From Octopus sinensis (lineage: Eukaryota), in NCBI RefSeq assembly GCF_006345805.1, contig NC_042997.1:94116001-94180000 (forward strand): a DNA stretch of 64,000 nucleotides, read 5' to 3'. Every line of letters begins with the position of its first letter. Positions within the stretch are counted from its first letter, which is position 1. This document shows positions 41,454 to 52,928 of this stretch, piece after piece. The notes beneath the pieces were generated by a model. That model was not told the origin of the DNA and ran no database searches. It saw nothing but the letters and a program-made list of their open reading frames with translations. Both the position numbers and the translations under genes were made by a program.

Positions 41454-41610
41454 TATCTTACAACTGTTTCAACCAAGAGGCCGAAATACCCCGCTCTACT
41501 CCCATCCCTTCAGTGAACTGAAGTATTTGGTAGATAAGATTAAGTTACTTGGGTGTAACTAAGTTACTGGGCTTCGACAGAGAGTTTAGAAAGCTCATTA
41601 GGCTAAGATA
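41454..41610 (-). ncRNA. Degenerate hammerhead motif with about 120-nt stem II insertion, in Penelope-like remnant
   Basis: Reverse complement: tatcttagc-CTAATGA-gc..[120 nt]..gtt-GAAA-CAGTTG-TA-agata; near-palindromic stem III; G5 mutated. Confidence 0.4.
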
Positions 41611-41677
41611 TAAATATAAATATATACATATTTACATTATTTTACATATACATACATATACATAAATATACATAAAC

Positions 41678-41718
<41 letters not shown>

Positions 41719-41898
41719 TGTATATGTATACGAAGGAATCTATTATTATTAGGTGTATTATATTATTCTTATTAGATAAAGTATAAACAGAGGAAGGAGA
41801 AAGTTATCAAAGGCGAAATAATAGTGGAAGTTAAAAAATCAATATATCTTAAGATTATTGTAGTTATGTAGGAATGAAAAGGTACATAAATGAGGAAT

Positions 41899-41948
<50 letters not shown>

Positions 41949-42269
41949 ACGTACAAACATACCCATAGGTACATACACATTACATGTGTTGAGAAGGGAG
42001 GATTATTGCAGTAGTTCGTATTTTTCTTTTTATATAATTATAATAATTATACACAAACATATATATATGCGATATATTTTCTATTGGGGGCTTTAGACAA
42101 AGGTCCGCAATAAGTGGGTTAGAGTTTATATTAATACCTGTGATATTAGTTGGTACTAAAAGTAATAAATTCTACCAGCAGTATATTGGATAGAGATTAT
42201 CCCTTAGTTGGTTGGGATCACTACTTCTAACTCTCTTGGAATTATACATACATACATACATACATACAT

Positions 42270-42316
<47 letters not shown>

Positions 42317-42327
42317 GACAGACAGAC

Positions 42328-42394
<67 letters not shown>

Positions 42395-42403
42395 TCGTAT
42401 ATA

Positions 42404-42568
42404 GGCGCAGGAGTGGATGTGTGGTAAGTAGCATCCTTACCAGCCATATGACTCCGGGTTCAGTCTCACTGCGTGATGCCTTGGGAAAGAGTCTTCCACT
42501 ATAGCATCGGGCCGATCAAAGCCTTGCGTGTGGATTTGGTAGACGGTATCTGACAGAAGCCGGTCGTA
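42404..42568 (+). mobile_element. SINE family A head
   Basis: ggcgcaggagtggatgtgtggtaagtagc..gggttcagtctcactgcgtg..ggatttggtagacgg. Confidence 0.85.
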
Positions 42569-42799
42569 TATATATATATATATATATTAATGTAGGATAA
42601 ATTTCGGGAAAAAATTTTATCAATGGCCAGCATATCAAAAAAATACCTTTAAAGGTTAAATTTATAAATAATTTACAAGATAAGGGCAAAAGAAAAATTC
42701 TAACGCCAAATATGCCGAAAAAGGGACAAAACTTTTCAATAACCATTATAATTTATGCGTCTCGAAACAAACCGATAGAAATCTTTAAAAAATTCGTTA

Positions 42800-42860
42800 T
42801 TACCGTATTTGTCCAATTTCGGGGTTAATTAATAAGAAATTTTCTCCTCTTCAGCGGCAA
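42800..42860 (-). ncRNA. Type I hammerhead ribozyme in Penelope-like pLTR (about 42590-42905)
   Basis: Reverse complement: TTGCCG-CTGAAGA-gg..cc-GAAA-tt-ggaca-aa-TA-CGGTAA; canonical core, 6-bp stem I. Confidence 0.7.
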
Positions 42861-42987
42861 ATACGCGAGATATAAGTGAAATACTTACTCAAACCCACGG
42901 AAGAAGCAAGAAAATTATATATATATATATATATATGAAAAAAAAGTCAAGATAGAAAATGCAAAAATAATTTTATAAAAATCATCT

Positions 42988-43023
42988 CAGTACCGCTTTC
43001 AGTCATTGAGACTTTTTCAACTG
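42988..43023 (-). ncRNA. Minimal hammerhead with U3-A8 variant core
   Basis: Reverse complement: CAG-TTGAAAA-AGTC-tcaat-GACT-GAAA-gcgg-TA-CTG; stem III probably ACCGGT with one change; flanks resemble the 20322 HHR. Confidence 0.55.
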
Positions 43024-43619
43024 TAACAATTAAACAATTTAATTAAGAAAAATTAAAAGAAAAGTTTTTTTGAAAGAGCATTTGTACAGTGTTCAAATAC
43101 AAGTGGCATTTTCCTTGCTTCTGCCTGTCTCTGTCTCTCTTGTTTACTCTTGTGGGTTCGAGGTCGTTATAAATTCTTGTTAGGGAAGAAGAAGGAGGTG
43201 AAGAAGAAGAAGAAGAAGAAGAAGAAGAAGAAGAAGAAGAAGAAGAAGAAGAAGAAGAAGAAGAAGATGACCCACGGTGGATGGTAGCAATCGCTTTTCA
43301 ATTTATGAAAATATTTCTTTTGAATGTTTTGTTTATAAAATTTGCGTAGGTGTTATTCTAAACAGCATTAGTGGTAAAGTTAGGAAGGAGAAAGGAGGAG
43401 AGAAAGAAGAAGAAGAAGAAGGTGAAGAAGAAAGAGGAGGGAGAATAAGAAGGAATGTAGGTAGTGTGAAAGTAATAAGGTGTTACATGTTCAAATGACT
43501 AAAATTGGCACGTTATGGATTATAGCAGTGATTGGGATTGTTTTTTAATGAATTCTTGGGAATCTCTTGAGTGTATAATTTTTAATATTTGCGTGTTTTT
43601 GTGTTATTCTAAGGCCATG

Positions 43620-44690
43620 GTGAATATATCAGAAAGGGCCTGTATTTTGTAATAAAGAGAGTCTTTTTACTAATTCGTTGGCTTCAGGTTGTATTGTCCT
43701 TGAATTGGTAGAGGGGAAAAATTCTGAGGCTTGGATTTTTGTTATTGGCGCAAATGCCCATGTGTTGGCTGAATGCTATTTTTCTGTTTGGGGGAAATTT
43801 TATCTGGGATCTGTGCAGGGCCATTCTTTTACGTAGACTGTTTTTGTTTGGTCTATGTATTGCTCTTGACACCCAGAGCAGGTTAGTGCGTATATCAGGT
43901 TCTCTGAAGCACATGTGAAGTTGCTTTTCACTGTGAAACGTTGTCCCTCTTTGAAGGAGAACACTGATCCCTCAATTAGATAATCGCATATCCCACAATT
44001 GGGTCTTCTACATTTTTTTACTGACGGCTTCTGTGTTGTTGAGCTTATTCGGGCTTGTGTTAGGAGACTTTTCATAGATTTGGGCTGTCTCTTGCTTTTT
44101 ACGATGGTGTGTGTTTGGAGGATTAAGTTCATTCTGTTGTCCTTTTTTAGCAGGGTTATGTTTTGGAGGATGGTGTCGAAGGCTTCATTGTTGAGAGGGT
44201 TGTGTGTGGAGATGTATGGTAGGGCTTTTATTTGTTAATTTTTCTTAATTTGGGATGTCGGAGTTCCTGGATGTTGAGTTGGAGGGCATGTTGAAAGCAT
44301 ATGTCAATTAGTGAAGGTGAGTAGTACCTGGTGATGAGTGTGGGGTTTGCATTAGAAACTATAGTACATATCCTTTTTGCTAGGTTGAAGGGGATATTCA
44401 TTCTGGTGTGTCTGGGGTGGCATGAGTTGAATGATAGATATTGCTTGGAATCCGTTGGCTTATAGTAGATATCTGTTTCTATTACGTTCTCAGATTTCTT
44501 AATGAGGATGTCGAGGAAGGGGAGTTGTTGCTGGTTATATTCCATCATGAATTGAATGTTTACGCCAAGTCCATTTAAAAGTGCTTGGAGTTCTTTAAGT
44601 TTCTCTATATTTTCATGCCAAAGAATGAATCAGTCATCTAGGTATCTCTTCCAGTTATTTTCTATGTAGAGGGAGAAAGGGCTGCCGTAT
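43620..44690 (-). pseudogene. Penelope reverse transcriptase C-terminus / GIY-YIG endonuclease pseudogene
   Basis: WKRYLDD, LPFLDILI, TDIYYKPTDSKQYLSFNSCHP, IPFNLAKRICTIVS, CRRPNCGIC, NLIYALTCSGCQEQYIDQT, LRKRMALH. Confidence 0.93.
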
Positions 44691-44731
<41 letters not shown>

Positions 44732-44734
<3 letters not shown>

Positions 44735-45250
44735 GATAAATCTCAGAGCTAATTATAAACAGTAGCAGCAACACATCGTGACGTATATTTGCCATTTGAA
44801 TATGGCTAACCCCTAAGGGTGAATGCTACTGTAGTTTGTAGCCCCAGAAGTACACCTCCTCCAGCTGGCTATAGACACACTTTCTGTGCCCTATCAGTAT
44901 TTGTGTTGCTGCTACTGTTTATAATTCGCTCTGAGATTTATCATTGTTTGATTTCACTTTTTCAAAATCAGTGTCAATCGATACTGGAAAAAGTATATGT
45001 ATTTGTGAAGGAACCTAATTCTCATCGACAACTATGATTGTCACACGCCGATGACGGGTCAATACCCTGAAACTCGAGTCCGTGTGTATCATAAGTTGAA
45101 GACAGGAAGGATAGCTTCCCTTTGCAAATAATGAGAGGGCACAGAAAGTGGGTCTATAGCCAGCTGGAAGAGGTGTCCTCCTGGGGCTACAATCTACAGT
45201 AGCATCCACCCTTAGGGGTTAACCATATTCAAATGGCAAATGTACGTCAC
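44732..45250 (+). mobile_element. Fold-back non-autonomous Penelope-like element with nested inverted repeats
   Basis: 44778-44903 is inverted vs 45125-45250; 44732-44775 is inverted vs 44902-44945; HHR between the arms; (TA)n flanks. Confidence 0.75.
45042..45086 (+). ncRNA. Minimal type I hammerhead ribozyme
   Basis: CACACG-CCGATGA-c-GGG-tcaata-CCC-t-GAAA-CTCGAG-TC-CGTGTG; perfect stems I and II, palindromic ACTCGAGT stem III, GUC site (predicted cut after 45080), U4C. Confidence 0.82.
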
Positions 45251-45373
45251 TATATATATATATATATATATATAATGTATGTATGTATGTATGTATGTAT
45301 GTGTATATATATATATGTATATATATACGGCGGTGCATCAGCATGGCCGCAGCTCTGAGCTGAAACTAGAGAG

Positions 45374-45456
<83 letters not shown>

Positions 45457-45484
45457 ATATGTATGTATGTATTTGATTGTGCGT

Positions 45485-45672
45485 CTATGTTTGTTCCCCC
45501 AACACCGCTTGACAACCTATGGTGTGTTTACATTCTCGAAACTTAGACCCATAGAATAAATACTAGTCTTACAAAGAATAAGTTCTGGGGTCGATTTGCT
45601 CGACGAATGGCGGTGTTCCAGCATGGCCATAGTCAAATGAATGAAACAAATAAAGGATTAAACGAATAAAAG
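45485..45672 (+). mobile_element. SINE family A, 3' part
   Basis: cgcttgacaacc..ttacaaagaataagttctggggtcgatttgctcgac..ccagcatggccatagtcaaatga. Confidence 0.8.
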
Positions 45673-45684
45673 AATATATATATG

Positions 45685-45721
<37 letters not shown>

Positions 45722-45830
45722 TATATATATGTATATATATATACACACATATATGCACATATATATGCACATATACATACACATACATATATATGCATAT
45801 AAATATACATATATACATATATATATACAT

Positions 45831-45926
<96 letters not shown>

Positions 45927-46168
45927 TTATATTATTATTTGATTGAACGCCACGCATCCTCTTCCAAGTAAGTTTTATCTTAATAATTCTGTTGCGCACA
46001 CAATACGATCTTTTTACTCTTACATTCATAGATAAATACATACATACATACACTGATACATATATATTTATATTTATATTTATAAAGAAAACGATATAAT
46101 TTAGAGTAGAAGTAACAGAAGCAACAACAGCAGCAGCCGCTGTGGTAGTAATGGTGGTGGCACTGGTC

Positions 46169-46206
<38 letters not shown>

Positions 46207-46548
46207 TGGTGTTGACGTCAAACCTGAAGATTTATTGCAAATTCAAAATGAAAATGACAGATAGTGACACCACGAAGGTATGAAATTGAATAACATTTAA
46301 ATAGATATATACGTAAATGCAAAGAAAGATAAATCGATATTTTGATACATCAAGATATAACAAGGCAGGACTGGTGGATTGTAAAGGTATTGAAACATAT
46401 ACCACTTCTACAAACATACACATACATGCACCACGCACATGTTGATATAATATATGCACATACATAGATACATGTATGAACACATCTGTATATACATAAA
46501 TACACAGATATATCTCTATATGAATATATGCATCTATGTATGGATATA

Positions 46549-47397
46549 CAAGGTACGATGGGTAAATTGTCACCATTGTATCTTTTAAAGTTCGCGTATG
46601 CGCTTTGTTTTCTTATTTTGTCGACTATACAGTGTATTAGGGTCAGTTGGGCACCGTCTGTGAGCAAAATAGCCCCATGACGCAATTCATGCTGTACTGC
46701 CTGGCATTTGCGCCATAAGCTCCAATACGAACAGATGGTGAACTCACAGGACAACGGTTGGCTTGCTGTGTATCCAAAACATGTAACGAGAGTGATAAAA
46801 ATCACACATCCAGTCAACATCCCGGAGTTTGGAGTGATCACTAGTGACGGCGACGTTAAGCCGCCATTCATCTTCGTCACACGGCCTCAGACTCAACAAA
46901 GAGGCCTATATTCAGTGCCTGGAGAAGGTAGTGCTACCATGGGTCAAGAGAGTGGCTACAGGAACACTCTATGTCTCGCAACAGAAATCTGCACCACTAC
47001 ACACAAGTAAGAGAACCCAGTCATGGCTGTCAGTCAATTTCTGCAACCACATCAACCCTAATATCTGGCCACCTAACTCCCAAGCCTGCAAATCCTTGAT
47101 TACTATGTTTGTGGCGCTGTTAAGCGATAGACAAAGTAAACACGAAAGACGAACCGAAAGAAAATATTATGGCAGCATTCAGCAACTTAATCAAGGAGAC
47201 CATCCAGAAAATTGCAGGAGATTCCGAAGTTGTCTGGAGGCCGTGGTTGAAGCCAATGGTAATTTTGTTCAATAATTTACTCTTTAGTATTTCAAGATAT
47301 TTTTTATGCAATTTTGGTAAAAATATCTGTTAAAATGAGATGTCAGTATTATTTTCATTTTTGCGTAATTTAGACAACAATGGATTGACTGCACCCT
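46549..47397 (+). mobile_element. Internally deleted Tc1/mariner DD37D (maT-like) transposon
   Basis: FGVITSDGDVKPPFIF, AYIQCLEKVVLPWV, QQKSAPLHTSKRTQSWL, IWPPNS..LDYYV, RFRSCLEAVVEANG; decayed CA(A/G)GGT..CACCCT termini with TA. Confidence 0.85.
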
Positions 47398-47427
47398 TAC
47401 GCACGCACGCACGCACGCACGCACGCA

Positions 47428-47464
<37 letters not shown>

Positions 47465-47480
47465 TTATACATCTATCTAC

Positions 47481-47558
<78 letters not shown>

Positions 47559-47620
47559 CTGTCACTTTCTCTCTCTTTCTATGTATATATATATATATAT
47601 ATGTATAAACATAAAAGTGG

Positions 47621-47713
<93 letters not shown>

Positions 47714-48114
47714 AGAGGGATGATCTCTAAGTGGGCATCCATAGGCTAGAAGTCGAACCCCTATGGTCTTACCACTAAGAAAGGAATGTTCTCAAGAAAA
47801 TTTAGCAAACGCCAGAACGTAAGCAACCAAGACAAATGAAAAGGTACAAAATATACAGATTAATCACAAACCAGTTTTGTTGTTACCACTTACGTAATCA
47901 CTTACGTAGAATGCCCGCAACTCATCAGTGTGATCGTCATAGCAAAATGTAATATGAAGAAATATGCATGGGACGTCCGCATGAGATTGAACATGTATAT
48001 AGTTCTACCAATTACTTTTGGGGTTATATTTCAAAAGTCTTCATATATATATGTATATATATGTATGTATATTATGTATGTATGTATATGTTTGTGTGTG
48101 GAGGTTATGTGTAC

Positions 48115-48300
48115 CTCACCATCGCTTGACAACAGTTTAGTGTGTGTTTACGTCCCCATAAATTAGTGGTTTGGCAAAAGATACCGATAGAATAAGTACT
48201 GGGCTTGCAAAGAATAATTACTGGGGACGATTTGTGCGACTAAAGTTGGTACTCTAGCGTCAAATGACTGAAACAAGTAAAAGAATAAAAGAATAAAGAA
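48115..48300 (+). mobile_element. SINE family A, 3' part
   Basis: atcgcttgacaac..gtgtttacgtcccc..gcaaaagataccgatagaataagtact..gtcaaatgactgaaacaagtaaaaga. Confidence 0.8.
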
Positions 48301-48865
48301 ATATACATATGCGTATGCATATGTATTTTGTGTGCGTAAGCATATGTGTGTGCCTACTGTGTGGCTTATAAACACGTGATATACGCATGTGTGTATATAC
48401 GTATATATATATACATACATACACACCGCTACCGAAACGGTAATTATTTCTACGCCAGCTGCTATGTTGTTGTTGTTTTGTCTCATTTGGTCTAAAGTCG
48501 TATGACAACCACCGTTATATACATTTTGTTTTTTCATTACTGTTTTCAATTTCGTTTTCGTCTCTTGTATTCACATCCGTCTTGTGCGTTCACATTCCTG
48601 TCTTCTACCAAGAAATCTAATGCTTACAGCTTAGTTTTTTTTCTTGGGGCTGGCCGAGTTGGAGCAAATATCAGAATTGAACAGCCGAAATTTGCTATGA
48701 TGATTCGGTGTCTGACTGAAGATTGAAGGCTTCGAATGATTTGTCTGTGTTCCGTGTTCGTCCCTTCCTGTATTTCACGTTCATTATATATAAAAACATT
48801 CATTCTTATATATATATATATATTTAGATAGATATACTAATATATATATATGTCTATACATACAC

Positions 48866-48899
<34 letters not shown>

Positions 48900-49715
48900 A
48901 TGTGTATGTGTGTGTGAGTGTGTGTGTATGTGTGTGAGTGTGTGTGTATGTGTGTGTGTGTGTGTACTGAAATACACATACATGCCTGTATTATAACCTC
49001 ACATTTTGGTTAAATCTGCTTAGAACATAGCCAACTTTTCTATGAGAGCAGTCTGAGTAAAACTGAAATTTATTAACTTTTCTCAGACTAGTCGGCCGGT
49101 TATACCGATGAGAATCGAATGAAATTGAAAATAGTAGATCGATATTTTTTATTTGGCCATAGTGTAAACACAGCGCTAACTTTTGACAGCGACGCAAAAA
49201 AATATGCAAGTTATTAAGAAATAAAAACCCCACGGGTTTTGAAGTTCATCTTTCATCTCTGTGTATCCTATTGTTATTTAGTGCTTCTATTAATTAAATT
49301 TTCCGAGCTAACGATATTTAAATTATCAAATATATTAGGGGCACCAGCTTAGCTCAATTGAAGTGTGTGTGTGTGTGGTGTGTGTGTGTGTGTGTGTGTG
49401 TGTGTAGTCTCACAAGAAGGTTAGTTATAAATATGTAAATTAACATCTGTTAATGCAGCGTAAAAGCTTGCTTGCAGGCAATATGTCTGTATCTCTGGAG
49501 GCACCTGCTCTACAGAGACATTCCTTCGCAAAAGAGATTAAATTGTCCTAAGTTTCCTACGAGAGTCTTCTCTTCCTCTTACATTGAGATAAGCAAAGTA
49601 CGAACTCTGAAATCGTATGTCTGCTGTTATAAGTAGTTGAGTGAAAAATGTGTTTACATTAATCCATTACCACTTGTAATGGAATCGTCTCTATAAGGAA
49701 GAGCCGCTTTGTTAT

Positions 49716-50562
49716 AATCCTTCCAACTATAGGCAGGACGGCTGAAATTTTGGGGAAGGGGACTAGTCGAGCATATCGACCCCAGTGTTTGACTGGTACT
49801 TAATTTATCGACCCAGAAAAGATGATGGGCAAAGTCAACCTCGGCAGAATTTGAACTAAGAACGCAGTAATGGGCGAAATGCCTATGTCTTTACTACCCA
49901 CAGAGAGGACAAACAAGGACAGACAAACGGATTAAGTCGATTATATCGACCCCAGTGCGTAACTGGTACTTAATTTATCGACCCCGAAAGGATGAAAGGC
50001 AAAGTAGACCTCGGCGGAATTTGAACTCAGAACATAACGGCAGACGAAATACAGCTACGCATTTCGCCTGGCGTGCTAACGTTTCTGCCAGTTCGCCGCC
50101 TTGAAGGCGCTTTGTTTTAATGAAGCGCCAAAATGCTAGTCACTGTAAGGACAGCAGAAATAATAATAATAATTAACAGCAACAACAACAATAATAATTT
50201 CAAATGCTTGGCACAATGCCAGCAATTTTAGAGGAGGGTAAGTCAATTAGATCGACTACAGTCTACAACTGGTGCTTATTGTATCGACACTGAAAGGATG
50301 AAAGGCAAAGTTAAACTTTGAGATATGTGAAATCAGAACGTAAAGACGAACGAAATGTTGCAAAGCATTTTGCCTGGCGCAGCTACGATTCTGCCAGCTC
50401 ACCGCCTTAATAATAATGATAATGAAAAAAAAAATTTCTAGTATATGTACAAGGCCTGAAATTTTGGGGGAAGGGAGTAGTCGATTATATCGACACCAGT
50501 GTTTCACTGGTACTTCGTTTATCGACCTCGAAAGTCGACCTCAGCGAAATTTGAACTCAGAC
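49716..50562 (-). mobile_element. Cluster of SINE family B copies (49716-50102 dimeric, 50195-50408, 50435-50562)
   Basis: Reverse-complement head ggcggcgaactggcagaaacgttagcacgcc..gagttcaaattccgccgaggtc..gcctttcatcctttcggggtcgataaa. Confidence 0.88.
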
Positions 50563-50617
50563 AATGAAGATAGAAAGAAGGAAAATAAAAATAGCGACAA
50601 TAGAGGCTCTTGAAGAA

Positions 50618-51300
50618 TGTTTCGCCACATGTATAACATATAGGCGGCCTGCCCTCCACCACCATTCTCAATCATACGTCGTCGGGCAGCACTATCTCTT
50701 CGACAATTCTGTTTATTCCACTGTTGCTTGAACGGTTAACTCTATTCCATATCCCCAGTAGTTAACTCTTTGTGTTCTTGTGACCTTCAGTATCTTGGCC
50801 TCCTCATTCATGTCATACATTATGGCTGTCTTCAGCCATGCCTCTTTCAGCTCTTGGGGCACTTTGCCTGGCACACTACACAGTACGATGGCAAAAGTAC
50901 CCATTCTTCCGATCTTATTGCCTCCGTGGAGTACTTAATTTATGTAAAACTCACCTCCACCGTAGAGTACATTCTCCCTCTTGTTATAAATGTGGTTAGT
51001 CTTATTATATTCTTCAAACATTCTTCAAGAGCCTCTATTGTCGCTATTTTTATTTTCCTTGTTGTTATCTTCATTGTCTTGTATATCACCGTTCTTTTCA
51101 TTACATCGGTTGTCAGTTCCACAGGTGGCGTGGCGTTAATTTCAGTGTATTTCCGTCTCTTTCCCGCAAATTCTCGCATTCCTTCATGTTTTGAGGTTCA
51201 AACTTTATTTCCGGCACCTCCAGCGTTTCCACGTCCATCTTCCGTCCACTTGCAGCCGCATAACTGTGGCCACCTGCTGATTTCTTTATCCATCTTTTTC
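50618..51300 (-). pseudogene. Degenerate L1/Tx1-like ORF1 (Gag-like zinc knuckle) fragment
   Basis: Frameshifted SYAAASG.., ITRGRMYSTVEVSF.., KVPQELKEAWL.., ending VVEGRPPICYTCGE (start of a CCHC knuckle). Confidence 0.6.
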
Positions 51301-51475
51301 TACTAAGATAGAGACGCGAGTAAAATTAATAACAGAGAAACCAAAATAAAATTTTGGAAACAGCAACGCCGCCGTATCTTACGTGGAAACCATGGGCGTA
51401 CTTTCAAGGAAGGTAATTTGAGAAAGACTTGAAAGTCAACGGAAGATCATAATACCTCATGTAAAGTAAAGTAAT

Positions 51476-51662
51476 TATAATAATCCAGAATCCTTGTCCG
51501 GTACCGGATCGATCCCAAAATCTAGTCAGTTCGTGCCAGTCACGAAGCCAAACATCTCTGAAAGTTTAATTCGAATTTATCCAGTGGTTCTTGAGATATC
51601 TTGACCACGGACAAACAAACAAGACTGAAAACAATACTTCCGCCTTCGTTAAGGTGGAGGTA
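51476..51662 (-). mobile_element. Helentron-associated (HINE/DINE-1-like) non-autonomous element fragment
   Basis: Reverse complement begins tacctccacc ttaacgaa ggcggaagta (subterminal IR), then ttgttttcag..gtttgtttgtcc microsatellite; internal palindrome tccggtaccgga. Confidence 0.6.
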
Positions 51663-51701
51663 CTACTACAACTACCACTACTACTACTACTACCACTACC
51701 A

Positions 51702-51741
<40 letters not shown>

Positions 51742-51749
51742 CACTACCA

Positions 51750-51794
<45 letters not shown>

Positions 51795-52762
51795 ATAATA
51801 ATAATAATCAAAACAACGATAAAAATATAGATTTTATAGGTCGGAGGGAGCATATAAATATAAAAAAAAGAAAGAGATAAAAACAGCGAATATATACGTA
51901 TGGAGAAGTGCTTGAAACAAAGAACCCCCCCCCAAAAAAAAAAATGTCTTACGGGGTTAAGAGTTAAGAGTGATTTACACAGTGTTTTCTGGTCGGCGAA
52001 CAAGTGGAAACCAAAGAACGCTACATGAAATAACTCACAACGTCGTATGTCGTTTATTTATATATTCGCTGTTTTTTTTATCTCCATCTTTCCTTTATAT
52101 CTATATGGTCGTTCCGGCTAATAAAGCCTATATTTTGCCGTTGTTTTACCTGTTTCTCATCTCTTAAATATTATTTTCGATCTCCCTCCAATCCGACACC
52201 GGACTCCTGCGATCTGTCCCCAGTCCGCTAGCAGCAGTTTTACGTAGACCAATCAAACAGCTAGTATGATAGCAATTTTCTTCCTATGTTTATCAAAAAA
52301 TAATTTGGCTGACCTGTTTAGAGGTTGAAAATAATTCACCTGTTCATAACTATGGCTGGTAGACTAAGCGAACTTTCTACATTCCAGACACAGGAAACCA
52401 AACCCAATACTAATCACCTCAACTTCCAGAACCTTCCCTTACAGAGGAGAGCAGCAGAAGCAAAGCAACAGACTGAAATTCGCTAATCCTTTTTTTCTAT
52501 GATTATAGAAGGTACATAAAAAATCTCGAAAGAAGGAGCAAAACAAAATAGCATCCCCTCCCAAAATAAGAACGGTTACAATAACAACAAAAACAGCAAC
52601 AACTCCAATGGTAACTATACATATGACAACAAACATAGCTACCACCACCACCACCACCACCACCACAACCACCACCACAACCACCACTATCAACACCACC
52701 ACCGGCAACAACAATACCAACAAATTATAATAAAAATAATGATGATGATGATGATGGTGGTG

Positions 52763-52818
<56 letters not shown>

Positions 52819-52855
52819 AATAATAATAATAGTAATAATGATAATAATAATAATA

Positions 52856-52897
<42 letters not shown>

Positions 52898-52928
52898 TAA
52901 TAATGATGATAATAATAATAATAATAAA

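Larger units (their letters stand above)
42935..44692 (-). mobile_element. 5'-truncated Penelope-like retroelement (RT + GIY-YIG + pLTR)
   Basis: Coding remnant 43620-44690 followed by a 3' region with an HHR at 42988-43023; (TA)n at both ends. Confidence 0.88.

Noticed and set aside
48710-48750. Hammerhead (CTGAAGA..GAAT)
   Set aside because: GAAA is missing and stems I and III are unsupported.
49110-49135. CCGATGA..GAAA motif
   Set aside because: No stem II, stem III or stem I pairing; likely chance.
50770-51306. 178-aa plus-strand hydrophobic ORF
   Set aside because: Antisense shadow of the Tx1-like ORF1 remnant.
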